A DNA stretch of 63,909 bases, the filler included, from Lenisia limosa (Eukaryota; Protista; Breviatea): the NCBI GenBank assembly GCA_001655205.1. It is 9 parts of 9 records of this genome, joined end to end, with 100 filler letters (N's around TTAATTAATTAA, not from the genome) between each part and the next. Parts side by side here need not be neighbours in the genome. Positions count along the whole stretch, not along the records: positions 40,749 to 52,275 come from LPNZ01007748.1; positions 52,376 to 53,419 come from LPNZ01000635.1; positions 53,520 to 56,621 come from LPNZ01005453.1; positions 56,722 to 59,262 come from LPNZ01007649.1; positions 59,363 to 63,909 come from LPNZ01006243.1; 4 more parts are not named here. One strand, given 5' to 3'. This document shows positions 50,674 through 61,299 of the stretch, in pieces. The notes under the pieces were generated by a model. That model made no database searches. It saw only the letters and a list, made by a program, of their open reading frames with translations, and was not told where the DNA came from. The stretch's first letter is position 1. Every line of letters begins with the position of its first letter. The position numbers and the translations under genes are program-made.

Positions 50674-51935
50674 TTATTTGCAAATGTAGCCTTGAAGTTG
50701 TTTGCAGCCCTGGAGGTTTTCACCCATGTACGATACCATAGGGGAGATCTCGACATCGCCTGTATTCGTGAGACTTCGCAAGAAATTGACTATTATTAGG
50801 GCTTCACTCCGGTGCGAAAAAGATTGGGGAAATATCATTATTTGTGGAGTATTTGTGGAGAAATTCATTCATTTTCGATCGGAGTGAAGCTTCTAATCAA
50901 CAAGGTGGAGGAAGAGGGGGGAGGGGAGTAAAATGTAAAATATAAAATTTATGAAACGAGTGGATCATAAAACATTAACTTCACCATTCTATTACAGATT
51001 AGCAATAGTGAAGACAAGAAAGTGAAACAATGGAAGCAAACAATTTCTTACAAAAGAATCATTTCAGGTTATCCTCATCACTGATTGAAAAAGACCAGAA
51101 TCCCCCCTCCCCCTGTACGTACCAGTTACGGTCACGCCGGCATCCTTCATCCAGCCGGCATGGAGGGCGTAAAGCATGGCACGTGACGACTCGGGGGTGT
51201 CGTTAGCCGCACCCGGGGCGTTCTTGATGGGGGCAAAGAGTGCCCGGGGGCCCTGAGGGGGGTAAAATTGGAAAATTTATGAAACAAAAAAAAAAAGCCC
51301 AAAATCAATTCTGTTGGCTGACAACACATAAGGGTTGATAACAACAAAACANNNNNNNNNNNNNNNNNNNNNNNNNNNNNNNNNNNNNNNNNNNNNNNNN
51401 NNNNNNNNNNNNNNNNNNNNNNNNNNNNNNNNNNNNNNNNNNNNNNNNNNNNNNNAATTGGAAAATGTATAAAAATCAACTCTGTTGTGATAGCAAAGAA
51501 GAAACTGGGTGAATGGGGGAAAAGAATTATTGTGCAGCAGGGGGAGGGGGGAGTGCCAAAAGACAAATTTATGAAACAAAAAAAACCATAATTAGGGCTT
51601 CACTTCGGTTCGAAAAAAGACTGAATTTCTCGATAAACACTCGAAAACTATCGATATTTCACCGATATGTTTCGAACCGAAGTGAAGCCCTACCCATAGT
51701 CAATGGTAGGGACTGGAGTAGTGATAATGCTTAGACTAGTGGGTGTGGTAGGGATTCCCTTCGGTCCAAAAAAGACCGGTAAAATATCGACGATTTATCG
51801 AGGATTTATTGAAAAATTCAGTCATTTTTAGTACCCTATGGAAGCCCCAATGATAATGCTCAGACTAATAATACCAACCTCCAATAGGGCAACCCGGTCG
51901 GCTAAGGGGAACGTGTCGAACACAAAGAGCTCCAT
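50674..51935 (-). CDS. 3' part of an unknown gene
   Basis: Phase-compatible exons MELFVFDTFPLADRVALLE|GPRALFAPIKNAPGAANDTPESSRAMLYALHAGWMKDAGVTVT|VNFLRSLTNTGDVEISPMVSYMGENLQGCKQLQGYICK*. Confidence 0.65.
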
Positions 51936-53519
51936 CTGGGGGGGGGGNNNNNNNNNNNNNNNNNNNNNNNNNNNNNNNNNNNNNNNNNNNNNNNNNNNNN
52001 NNNNNNNNNNNNNNNNNNNNNNNNNNNNNNNNNNNNNNNNNNNNNNNNNNNNNNNNNNNNNNNNNNNNNNNNNNNNNNNNNNNNNNNNNNNNNNNNCTGA
52101 ATAAACTGAAACTCCAAAAAAAAACAATAAAACCAAGCAAAAACAAACATTAGCAACATAAGCTAGACAAAAACCAGATTACAAAACAAAATGGAAATGG
52201 AGAATTGATGAAACAAAAAAGCTAGCGGAGAGTGGTGCATGTGATATTAAATTCTAGGCTTCATGGGGCGAAAGTNNNNNNNNNNNNNNNNNNNNNNNNN
52301 NNNNNNNNNNNNNNNNNNNTTAATTAATTAANNNNNNNNNNNNNNNNNNNNNNNNNNNNNNNNNNNNNNNNNNNNGTTGAAGTCTGGAAGTGATACAGTA
52401 TCTTTGAGGATTTATTGAGAATAGAGCACACACCATATGGAATATGGAGAGTCTGTCATACACTATATCGATATACAACATACTACATACATATCAGTAC
52501 ATAACATTTATTATATAGCTATTTCATATGTACATCTGAAGGAATATACATGTATATCATATGATATGATTTATATATTCCCTATGGATGACCACCCAAG
52601 CTACACACCCCTTTTTCTTTGGGAACAACTCGCGCGATGGTTCATTGACGTCTTTGAGGATATACTCCGTTCTAGGAGGCTGGATAAAACGAAGGATATT
52701 TCGAGGAAGAATACTGGCGTATAAAGGTACTAATCATGAACCAAATAATCTGAAACTCCAATAAAAATAAAAAAAAACAGAACAAAAACAGAAGAAACCA
52801 AGCAATAAAAACGAGCAACCAGAGGGTAATAATGGAAGTGAACGAAATAAATACTCCAAAACAGAAGGAAGATTTTTACATAAGATTATAAAGACACGCG
52901 GCAGAGTAAAGATGTAAAACCAAGCGTTTATGTTAGCGTTTTAATTCTACTGAGACTGTTTCACGTTCACCCTGACTGAGTTTCATTATATTCCACATTA
53001 GCATTCAATTAACATCAGATTGTTATCATAGTCTTATTAGGTTGGCTGTGCTCTAAAGCTCTCAGGGTCTCTCAAAGATATCATATAAAAACGGACAAAG
53101 AAAAACAAATTGTTTTAATACTACCTCTTCCATGAAGGGATTACAGAAGATTTGATATTGTTGAGGCATGGTATTTATGATTTAGAGTCATCCCTTGCCT
53201 ACTCCCTATATGACAACAGCTGCAATCTGGATATCACAAAATATCAGATAAAAATTGGCAACAACAATATCACCCTCACACAATTCATCACCACCAAAAA
53301 AAAACAAGATTTAAACAGTACCAGACATATTGTGATATACCCCCAAAAAAAAGTAAAAAAAAAAGTAAAAAAAACAAAGCAAAAGCAAAACAATATGGAA
53401 AGTAAGTTCCCCCCCCCCCNNNNNNNNNNNNNNNNNNNNNNNNNNNNNNNNNNNNNNNNNNNNTTAATTAATTAANNNNNNNNNNNNNNNNNNNNNNNNN
53501 NNNNNNNNNNNNNNNNNNN

Positions 53520-55077
53520 AGTCAATGACTTGACGACAGTGTCCACGTCATCATTTGCTCCCCGTCCGCCTTCAACAAGCGCATCTTTCCGGGCCAGACA
53601 GTCGTCAAAAAGTGGGGGCATTGATGGGATTATTCATTGTTTTTTTTTATTATTATTTTTCATTGCTATACACAAGTATTCATGAGATATATTAAGCGCA
53701 TCTTTCAGGGCAGACAGTCTTCGAAAAGTTGCGGGGGTTTAAATTTCATGGGAGGGGGGCATAGGCTTTATGCGTTGACGTACTCTTTCTTTTATTTAAC
53801 ATTGACAGACATTTCGACGTTTAGTGTGAAGCCGACCAACATCGCAGTAGGGCCACTAACTGTTAACAAACCGCATAAGGCCATTGTTACTCTTACAAAT
53901 GTCACCAAAAAGTGGGCGGGATTATGGGAACTAGAGCTTCAATTTGGTTCAAAAAAAAGGCTGAATTTCTCGATAAATCCTCGATCGATGTTTTACCGGT
54001 CTTTTTTGAACCTAAGTGAAGCCCTAGACTTAAAAGAGAGAGATAAGGGGTAGTTGGCAATATGGGAGCTTATATGAGAAAAAGTGGGGGTAGTTCGTGA
54101 TGAGATTCCGATGTTAGTGCCTTTGCTCATTTTACCCCCGTATTTGTCAAATGTTTAGCCAAAAAAGATCTTGGGGGAGGTGTATCATAAAAGATGGGAT
54201 GCGGTGCTGCAGAAGCGACTAGCCTGGGCTGTGTTTGTTTTGTTGTTCTCAACCCTTGTGTGTTGCCAGCCAACAGAGTTGATTTGGGTTTTTTGTTTCA
54301 TAATTTTCTAATTTTGTACGCTGGAGTAATGGGGTGCGGTACTGNNNNNNNNNNNNNNNNNNNNNNNNNNNNNNNNNNNNNNNNNNNNNNNNNNNNNNNN
54401 NNNNNNNNNNNNNNNNNNNNNNNNNNNNGGGCCAACTACAGGAAAGGGCCGGCAGCGCCTGGTTTGCGGGGGTTATCAAAGTGATATATGATATGTAGTA
54501 TATCTTATATAATACGATGTTTCTATATTGTATGCTGGGGTGACACGCAGAAAGCTGTGTACACAGATTTGTAAGGCAAATGATTGGGTGAATTAATATT
54601 ATATACTTTAATTCAATATCTCTTATAAGCCTCACCTCACACCTCCCAGGAATGTCAGTCAAAATTGAGATATCCATCACTCTGGCCGAGCCTTCCTTCC
54701 ACGAGGGCGAACTTGAGGTATGCCCTGACTTTTATGAGGAAGAAAATTCATTAAAAAAAATCTACACGAGAGTAAACAATGTGCTTCCTTCGATAACTCT
54801 TTCTTTTTAATTGTCCCTTACTTTTGGACAATATTTCTAATGCAGCAGAGCTGCTATTTGATACCTGTTCTTTTTCGGATATTGCTTTTATTCTTGTTTC
54901 TGATTACCCAACGGTTTTTGTGTGTTTCAGAATTCCGTTTTATCCACTCCCCCACTCCTGCCTGCAACTCTTTGATATTACCCCCCCCCCCNNNNNNNNN
55001 NNNNNNNNNNNNNNNNNNNNNNNNNNNNNNNNNNNNNNNTCGGGCAGCATCCTCATCCCCTTCTTCGCTGAAGCGGT
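53520..55077 (+). CDS. ASH/PapD-like (Hydin/SPAG17/CFAP-type) Ig-fold protein fragment
   Basis: STFSVKPTNIAVGPLTVNKPHKAIVTLTNVTKK...ANYRKGPAAP|GMSVKIEISITLAEPSFHEGELE...ILIPFFAEA. The Y.xGP.APGM.V.IEI motif is typical of ciliary ASH domains. Confidence 0.65.
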
Positions 55078-55304
55078 TTAGTTGAAAGGTCTTTTGTATT
55101 ATAGATTGAGTTTTGTTCTCGTTGAAAAGCTGAGTGCTCAGAGTTTAGGCAAATTTGGGTGAATTAATATTCTATTAGCGTAATGGTCTTCGGCCAGACA
55201 TATCCTTTTTTTAATTTCTCCAAAATGCTCATTTGGGGCCTGGAGTACCATGAAGTCTCTATTTCACACACATAACAAAATACTACACATAGAAATACAC
55301 ACAG

Positions 55305-56620
55305 CTACACCTTCTGTATCAAGACCTCCTTGGATGCGGGATAATACAGGGCAAACGAAGATGACACTGAAAACGCGCCGGGATTTGCTGAAATGGCGTC
55401 GTTGTATTTGCACGTGCCGCTACTTGATCCAGCAAGAATCATCTGGGGTGGGGTGAGTGAAATCTGAAACATTTTAAGCCACTTGCTGATAGTTTTGAAA
55501 GCAATCAATGGCTTGGGAACTAACAAAACAATCAAAGCCCGCAGCAGCTTGCAAATGGAATTTGTTTTTTTCAAAAAAAGTGTCCAAAAAAACAAAATTC
55601 CAGTTGCGCGATTATTGAAAACAAAGCCCCAATCACCCCCACACCATAACTGTTTCCATATTCCCCAATCTGCTTACAAGGTCGGGGGCGATGGGAATTG
55701 AAAGTGCCGTGTCTTTGGTCCAATAAACTGGCCGAAAGCTGGGAGAGTAAAATTGGAAAATATGAAACAAAAAAAAAGCCCAAATNNNNNNNNNNNNNNN
55801 NNNNNNNNNNNNNNNNNNNNNNNNNNNNNNNNNNNNNNNNNNNNNNCAAAATGGAGCATACATTGATTGATAATGATAGATATATGGGAAACATCAAGCG
55901 AGGCAGTCCACAATCACGAGAAAGGATAGTAGTAACATAGCCCATAATACTACACAATCTGGTACTCATACAAAAATGTTAGGGAAATAAAATCAAAATC
56001 TACTTGAATTGTAGACAGGTGTAATCTTTCCCGAAGGAGAGAGTGCCATGTGCGTTCAAAGATTTGATGATTCACGAAGGTTGCAGATCACATTACGTAT
56101 CGCATTTCGCTGCGTATCGTTGCGAGAACCACGACAAAAGAGGCAAACAAACCTGAGAGGGAGAGGGGAAAGATGTCCATTGTCCAAGACGGTCTTAGTT
56201 GCCTGTATAATGAGTTACCATAACTATCTAGTAATGTGAAATAATAAAAGGCTTTCTGGCCAACCCCCCCCCCTCTCACGTGTTGAACNNNNNNNNNNNN
56301 NNNNNNNNNNNNNNNNNNNNNNNNNNNNNNNNNNNNNNNNNNNNNNNNNNNNNNNNNNNNNNNNNNNNNNNNNNNNNNNNNNNNNNNNNNNNNNNNNNNN
56401 NNNNNNNNNNNNNNNNNNNNNNNNNNNNNNNNNNAAGACTGAAATCTTCGAAAATTATCGATATTTTAGCATTTTTCAAACCGAAGTGAAGCAGCTCTAT
56501 TTATTTCCCCCCACGTGTTGGAACATGTTCGTGGAATCGTCAACGTGCGAAGGAGGGAGGATGCACGCCTGCCGGAAGAGGGATATAACCTCCTCGCGGA
56601 ATATCACAATGTTTTGTCCA
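55305..56620 (-). CDS. Unknown multi-exon gene fragment; probable host of the 5.8S remnant
   Basis: Exon-like segments GQNIVIFREEVISLFRQACIL...MFQH|, ATKTVLDNGHLSPLPLR|, LSASLLDQRHGTFNSHRPDL|gtaag and MILAGSSSGTCKYNDAISANPG... A sense D cassette ends at the acceptor near 55738. Confidence 0.5.
56015..56131 (-). pseudogene. Degenerate isolated 5.8S rRNA copy
   Basis: Reverse complement reads TGGTTCTCGCAACGAT[-GAAGA-]ACGCAGCGAAATGCGATACGTAATGTGATCTGCAACCTTCGTGAATCATCAAATCTTTGAACGCACATGGCAC...CACCTGT. These are the conserved 5.8S core motifs with a 5-nt deletion in the near-invariant GATGAAGAACGCAGC. No 18S or 28S sequence flanks it. Confidence 0.9.
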
Positions 56621-56759
56621 ANNNNNNNNNNNNNNNNNNNNNNNNNNNNNNNNNNNNNNNNNNNNTTAATTAATTAANNNNNNNNNNNNNNNNNNNNNNN
56701 NNNNNNNNNNNNNNNNNNNNNTGACTCATGGCGTCTTAACACGCCATCCACCATCCCAA

Positions 56760-58903
56760 CCTCACCGACCGCTTCGACAATCGGCTCAACTTTTCTCCAC
56801 GGCTCCGTTTTGAGGGTCTCCACATGTCGTCTCAGCGCCGCGACCGTAGAACTGCTTTGTTTGCTGTCTGAAAGCCAGGTGAGGGGGAACTATGTTTTAT
56901 TAAATACATGGGGCTGAAGGATGGAGATGGTGGTCCGGTGTGGTGTGTGTTTCCATTGTTACTTTGGGGTTTTTTTTTTTGTTGTTGTTGTTTGTTTGAA
57001 TACAATGTCCATTTTACAATAAATTTGCCGTTTAAACCATAAATTTGCCGTTTTTACCATAAATTTGCCATTTTTATCACCACTACCTCCTCCAATTTCA
57101 CCCATTAGGTGGGCAAGATCAACTCGGAAGTCCACTGGATCCGAAATGACGTCCGAAAGTGGTCCATCGAATTGGGCGGGTCCTTCACTGCTAAGGGCGT
57201 TCCTACTATGAAGTTCTGGGACCTTCGTGCCATGTCAGGTTTCGAACATGAGACTTTGAACAACAGGCTTTGGTCGGATGATGATGAAGATCTTGATGAT
57301 CTTGGAGGGCTGTCGATGCTGACGGAAAGTGACGAGGAAGAGGACACGTCATCGTTCTTCGAGGCAGCGTTCCAGAGCAAAACGGCTCTCAAGGACGATC
57401 CAGAAGATCTGAGTTTTTCAGCAGACCAGGTAGGGGGGCTATAGTTGTCCGAATACATGCATATTATGCATAGTTACACATTCTTAGAGAAAATGATATT
57501 TACACATGTACACATACATCATGTCGTAAATTTGTACACTCCTTCCTAGTATGTATAATATGCATTCATGCATCATGATTGGCAGTATATAGTCCTGAGA
57601 TCGTATAATTGCAACAGAAACGACTGGCCTGGGCTTGGTTTGTTTTGTTGTTTTAACTTCTTTGAGTTTCCCATGCTTTCTGGGTTTTTTTATTCACTCC
57701 TCCTCCCTCTCCTCGCTACCCAACAGGATTCTGGGTTTGTTTGTTTTTTTCATAAATTTTCTAGTTTTATATAGGCTTTGTGTCATGTGTTGTTAGCCAA
57801 CAGAGTTGATTTGGGCTTTTGTTTTTTGTTTCATTCCAGTCTTATCCCCCCCACACACACACAGATTTAGCCAAGAGAGTTGGTTCAACAGAAGGTTATT
57901 GTTTTTTACTACTTCACTCCTAAACCATATCAAATCTCACACACTCAGGCCATATCCACGCGCACAGGGGTGTCTGCTCAGCATTTATCGCAGCGTTCTC
58001 AAAGGAGTCTCAGCCTTCGATCCGCCCAGGTATGACATTTTGGTTTCACTTTGCTTCGGGAGAATATCGATTGTTTTCGAGGATTTATCGAGAAATTCAG
58101 TATTTTTTCGAACGGAAGTAAAGCCCTAATGACATTGTGTTCTCTTTTTTTTAAAAAAAAATGTATTGAATAAAAGACAAGGTAAAACAGATCACATTAG
58201 GACCATATGTCGGGGAAGCGTCTTGAAGCGTTTTGGATCCCAGGTTTATTTTCCATATAATATTTTTTTTTTCTCATAAATGTTCCATTTTCACCCCATC
58301 CCCAGTTGTTTGTTGCTCGTGTTTGTTGTTGCTTGTTTTTGTTTTTTCCATTTTTTGTTTGTTTGGAGTTTCAGATTATGCTCTTCGNNNNNNNNNNNNN
58401 NNNNNNNNNNNNNNNNNNNNNNNNNNNNNNNNNNNNNNNNNNNNNNNNNNNNNNNNNNNNNNNNNNNNNNNNNNNNNNNNNNNNNNNNNNNNNNNNNNNN
58501 NNNNNNNGCGGACCAGTCGCGGGAGGTGATGAACACCACAGGTCTCACTGTAACACGGTGGGGGTAATGTGCAAGGGTGTGTGTTGTTTTTGAATGTTTT
58601 TGAATGTTTTTGAATGTTTTTGAATGTTTTAGAATATTATGTTTTGTATTTATTGAAAGCGTTTTTTTTTTAAAAAAAAGTTGTCATTACAGTTGGCCTG
58701 TTCTTATACGTACGCTGGAATGATGGGATACGGTGCTGCAGAAGCGATTGGCCTGGGTTCTTTTTTTGTTTCATAAATTTTTCAATTGTACTCCCCCCTT
58801 TCCCCAACGCCGCCAGTGTTTTCATTTTAGTGAGTCTCTTTTTTACTGGCAGGTTTGGTGCGGGTTTTGGCAAGACGTTGGCTCGTCGTTACAACGGAGG
58901 CTC
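56760..58903 (+). CDS. Unknown multi-exon gene fragment with an acidic insert
   Basis: Exons ...VELLCLLSESQ|VGKINSEVHWIRNDVRKW...DPEDLSFSADQ|AISTRTGV...|ADQSREVMNTTGLTVTR|FGAGFGKTLARRYNGG, bounded by GT-AG. Confidence 0.6.
57010..57075. repeat. About 21-bp tandem repeat, 3 copies
   Basis: ATAAATTTGCCGTTTTTACC units. Confidence 0.8.
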
Positions 58904-59114
58904 NNNNNNNNNNNNNNNNNNNNNNNNNNNNNNNNNNNNNNNNNNNNNNNNNNNNNNNNNNNNNNNNNNNNNNNNNNNNNNNNNNNNNNNNNNNNNNNNN
59001 NNNNNNNNNNNNNNNNNNNNNNNNNNNNNNNNNNNNNNNNNNNNNNNNNNNNNNNNNNNTGCTCATTTCTATAATAATAATCATTTTATTAATCATATAA
59101 GTCATCATATAAAA

Positions 59115-59262
59115 CTCCCGTGGCCTGGCCTTTGTTAGAGTGATGAGATACGTGGCCTTTGTTGGAGTAATGAGATGCGTGGCCTTTGTTGGAGTGATGG
59201 GATGCGTGGCTTTTGTTTGGAGTGATGGGATGCATGGCCTGGGCTTTTTTTGCTGGAGTGAT
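59115..59262 (+). repeat. 27-bp minisatellite, about 4.5 copies, built from the head of cassette D
   Basis: Unit GTGGCCTTTGTTGGAGTGATGGGATGC joins D motifs TGGCCTGGGCTTTG and CTGGAGTGATGGGATGC. Confidence 0.8.
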
Positions 59263-59479
59263 NNNNNNNNNNNNNNNNNNNNNNNNNNNNNNNNNNNNNN
59301 NNNNNNTTAATTAATTAANNNNNNNNNNNNNNNNNNNNNNNNNNNNNNNNNNNNNNNNNNNNCCCGCCCCCCCCCCAGCAAACCGGTTAATATTATTGAT
59401 AATCCAGCATGTTAAGGAAAATGAACCCCGCACACTGACATCTCCCTGCAAACTGCACAATTGTTTAACTGACATCTCC

Positions 59480-60665
59480 CCCCAAACTGGACGATTTTTC
59501 CAGCAGCGTTTGTTTGCAGATAGTCAACCACAGTAACATCTTTGGCCCTCCTTTCTAGCTGGGGGGGTAAACTTGGAAAATTTTTGATAGGGGGTGGGAG
59601 GGAATATAGACCTGAGAAATAAGGTCGTATCTGCCGAAGAAGAGAAAGTGGATTATAATATCAATTTCGTGCACAGCTTTCTAAGTGCCTTCCCAGCATA
59701 CATTATTCAAATTATAAATATCATATTCTAGCAGATAATATTATTTATGATATAGTTAGTCTTTATAATACCATAATAAGATATAGACCATATGTCAAGC
59801 AAAACAGAGCCCACATTGACACTCAGAACGGGCGAAGGATGAAGAACAAAACGAAGTTCGGCGTCTTTCTTCTTCTTCTTGATCTTGAGGGAGTCGAGGA
59901 AGGCTGGCCAGTTCTTCTTCCGTTCAAAGCACTTTTCGTGGTCAAGGAGGGGAACGCCTGAGGGGAGGGGCGGTAAAATTGAAAAATTTATNNNNNNNNN
60001 NNNNNNNNNNNNNNNNNNNNNNNNNNNNNNNNNNNNNNNNNNNNNNNNNNNNNNNNNNNNNNNNNNNNNNNNNNNNNNNNNNNNNNNNNNNNNNNNNNNN
60101 NNNNNNNNNNNNNNNNNNNNNNNNNNNNNNNNNNNNNNNNNNNNNNNNNNNNNNNNNNNNNNNNNNNNNNNNNNNNNNNNNNNNNNNNNNNNNNNNNNNN
60201 NNNNNNNNNNNNNNNNNNNNNNNNNNNNNNNNNNNNNACATACAGACTTGTCCATCATCCAGGAAAATGCCGAGGACAGAGGAGTATTCGCGCGGAATTT
60301 TGAGCTGGTCAGTCGTGGCATCCCTGCGAGATCAAAGATAAAAAAAAGGAAATTATGACATGTTGAAAAAAAGAAATGAAAAGACGAAAAAATCGGAGAA
60401 AAAAGGCCACAACATCTGAGCTGTCTCCACCTCCACGAGGATCGTCATCATCATCATCATCATTATTATTATCACCATCATTATCACCATCATTATCATC
60501 GGCAACATCGTCATCACCCCAACCACCACCAACAACAATAACATCATCTTTGGCAATACCCTCCTCCCACTATACCTGAGGGATTTGGCGTTTGCAACAT
60601 CTGAGACGGCCACAACCACCGAGCTGTCTCCACAGTAAACTACTGCTACTTCTTCACCCTGCTTC
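59480..60665 (-). CDS. Protein fragment with a ubiquitin-like RA/FERM-N-like domain
   Basis: GEEVAVVYCGDSSVVVAVSDVANAKSLR|DATTDQLKIPREYSSVLGIFLDDGQ...VPLLDHEKCFERKKNW...ELRFVLHP. The pattern resembles a beta-grasp RA/FERM-F1 fold. This is an inference. Confidence 0.45.
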
Positions 60666-61299
60666 TGTTAGTGATTGATTGTATTAATTGATATCAATTC
60701 ACAGGTGGACCGATCGCTCCACGTCACTGAGCATTCAGGAGTTAAAACTGAGTTCAAAAGGAGGTTCCTCTCAAAGAAATTTTCACGTTTAAACATAATA
60801 GATGGAGTAGGGCGTAGCCGTAGATGTAAAGCAGGAATCTGAACAAGAAGAGGGGGAGAGCAGCGGGGAGGTTAAAATGGCTCCTTCCAGTTTTCAAAAT
60901 GTTATTTTAAAATAATAAGCAATGAAGGATAAGTAATACGGTGTAGACGGCCACTGTGCTTACCATTGTTGGTTTGTGAAACAACTTGACTTCTTTCTCC
61001 AACTTCGACTTTAGAAATAATCACAAAGTGATGAAAGGCGAATAAATTAAAGCAATTAGAGGCGAAAAAGGAAGAAAAACGAACATTGAAACGATGAAAA
61101 TGATGCTTGATACCCCATGAATTATTTTAACTAATTTTTATTTCAGGAATTTTCTCTCAAGAGGCACTCTCATAGTGAGCTAGAGTATATGTATACGAGT
61201 ATCTAAATAGAAATTTACATTTGAGTCCCAGCGTTACAAGAGTGGTCACTCTCAGCCGAGTTTGAGCTCTAAGCAGCTCACCTCTGGCTCTTAATGCCT

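Noticed and set aside
21129-55077. Apparent clustering of ciliary genes
   Set aside because: The genes lie on different segments joined by artificial linkers, so synteny cannot be inferred.
21864-60358. Numerous X-containing ORFs in the ORF track
   Set aside because: They are open only because N gaps hide stop codons.
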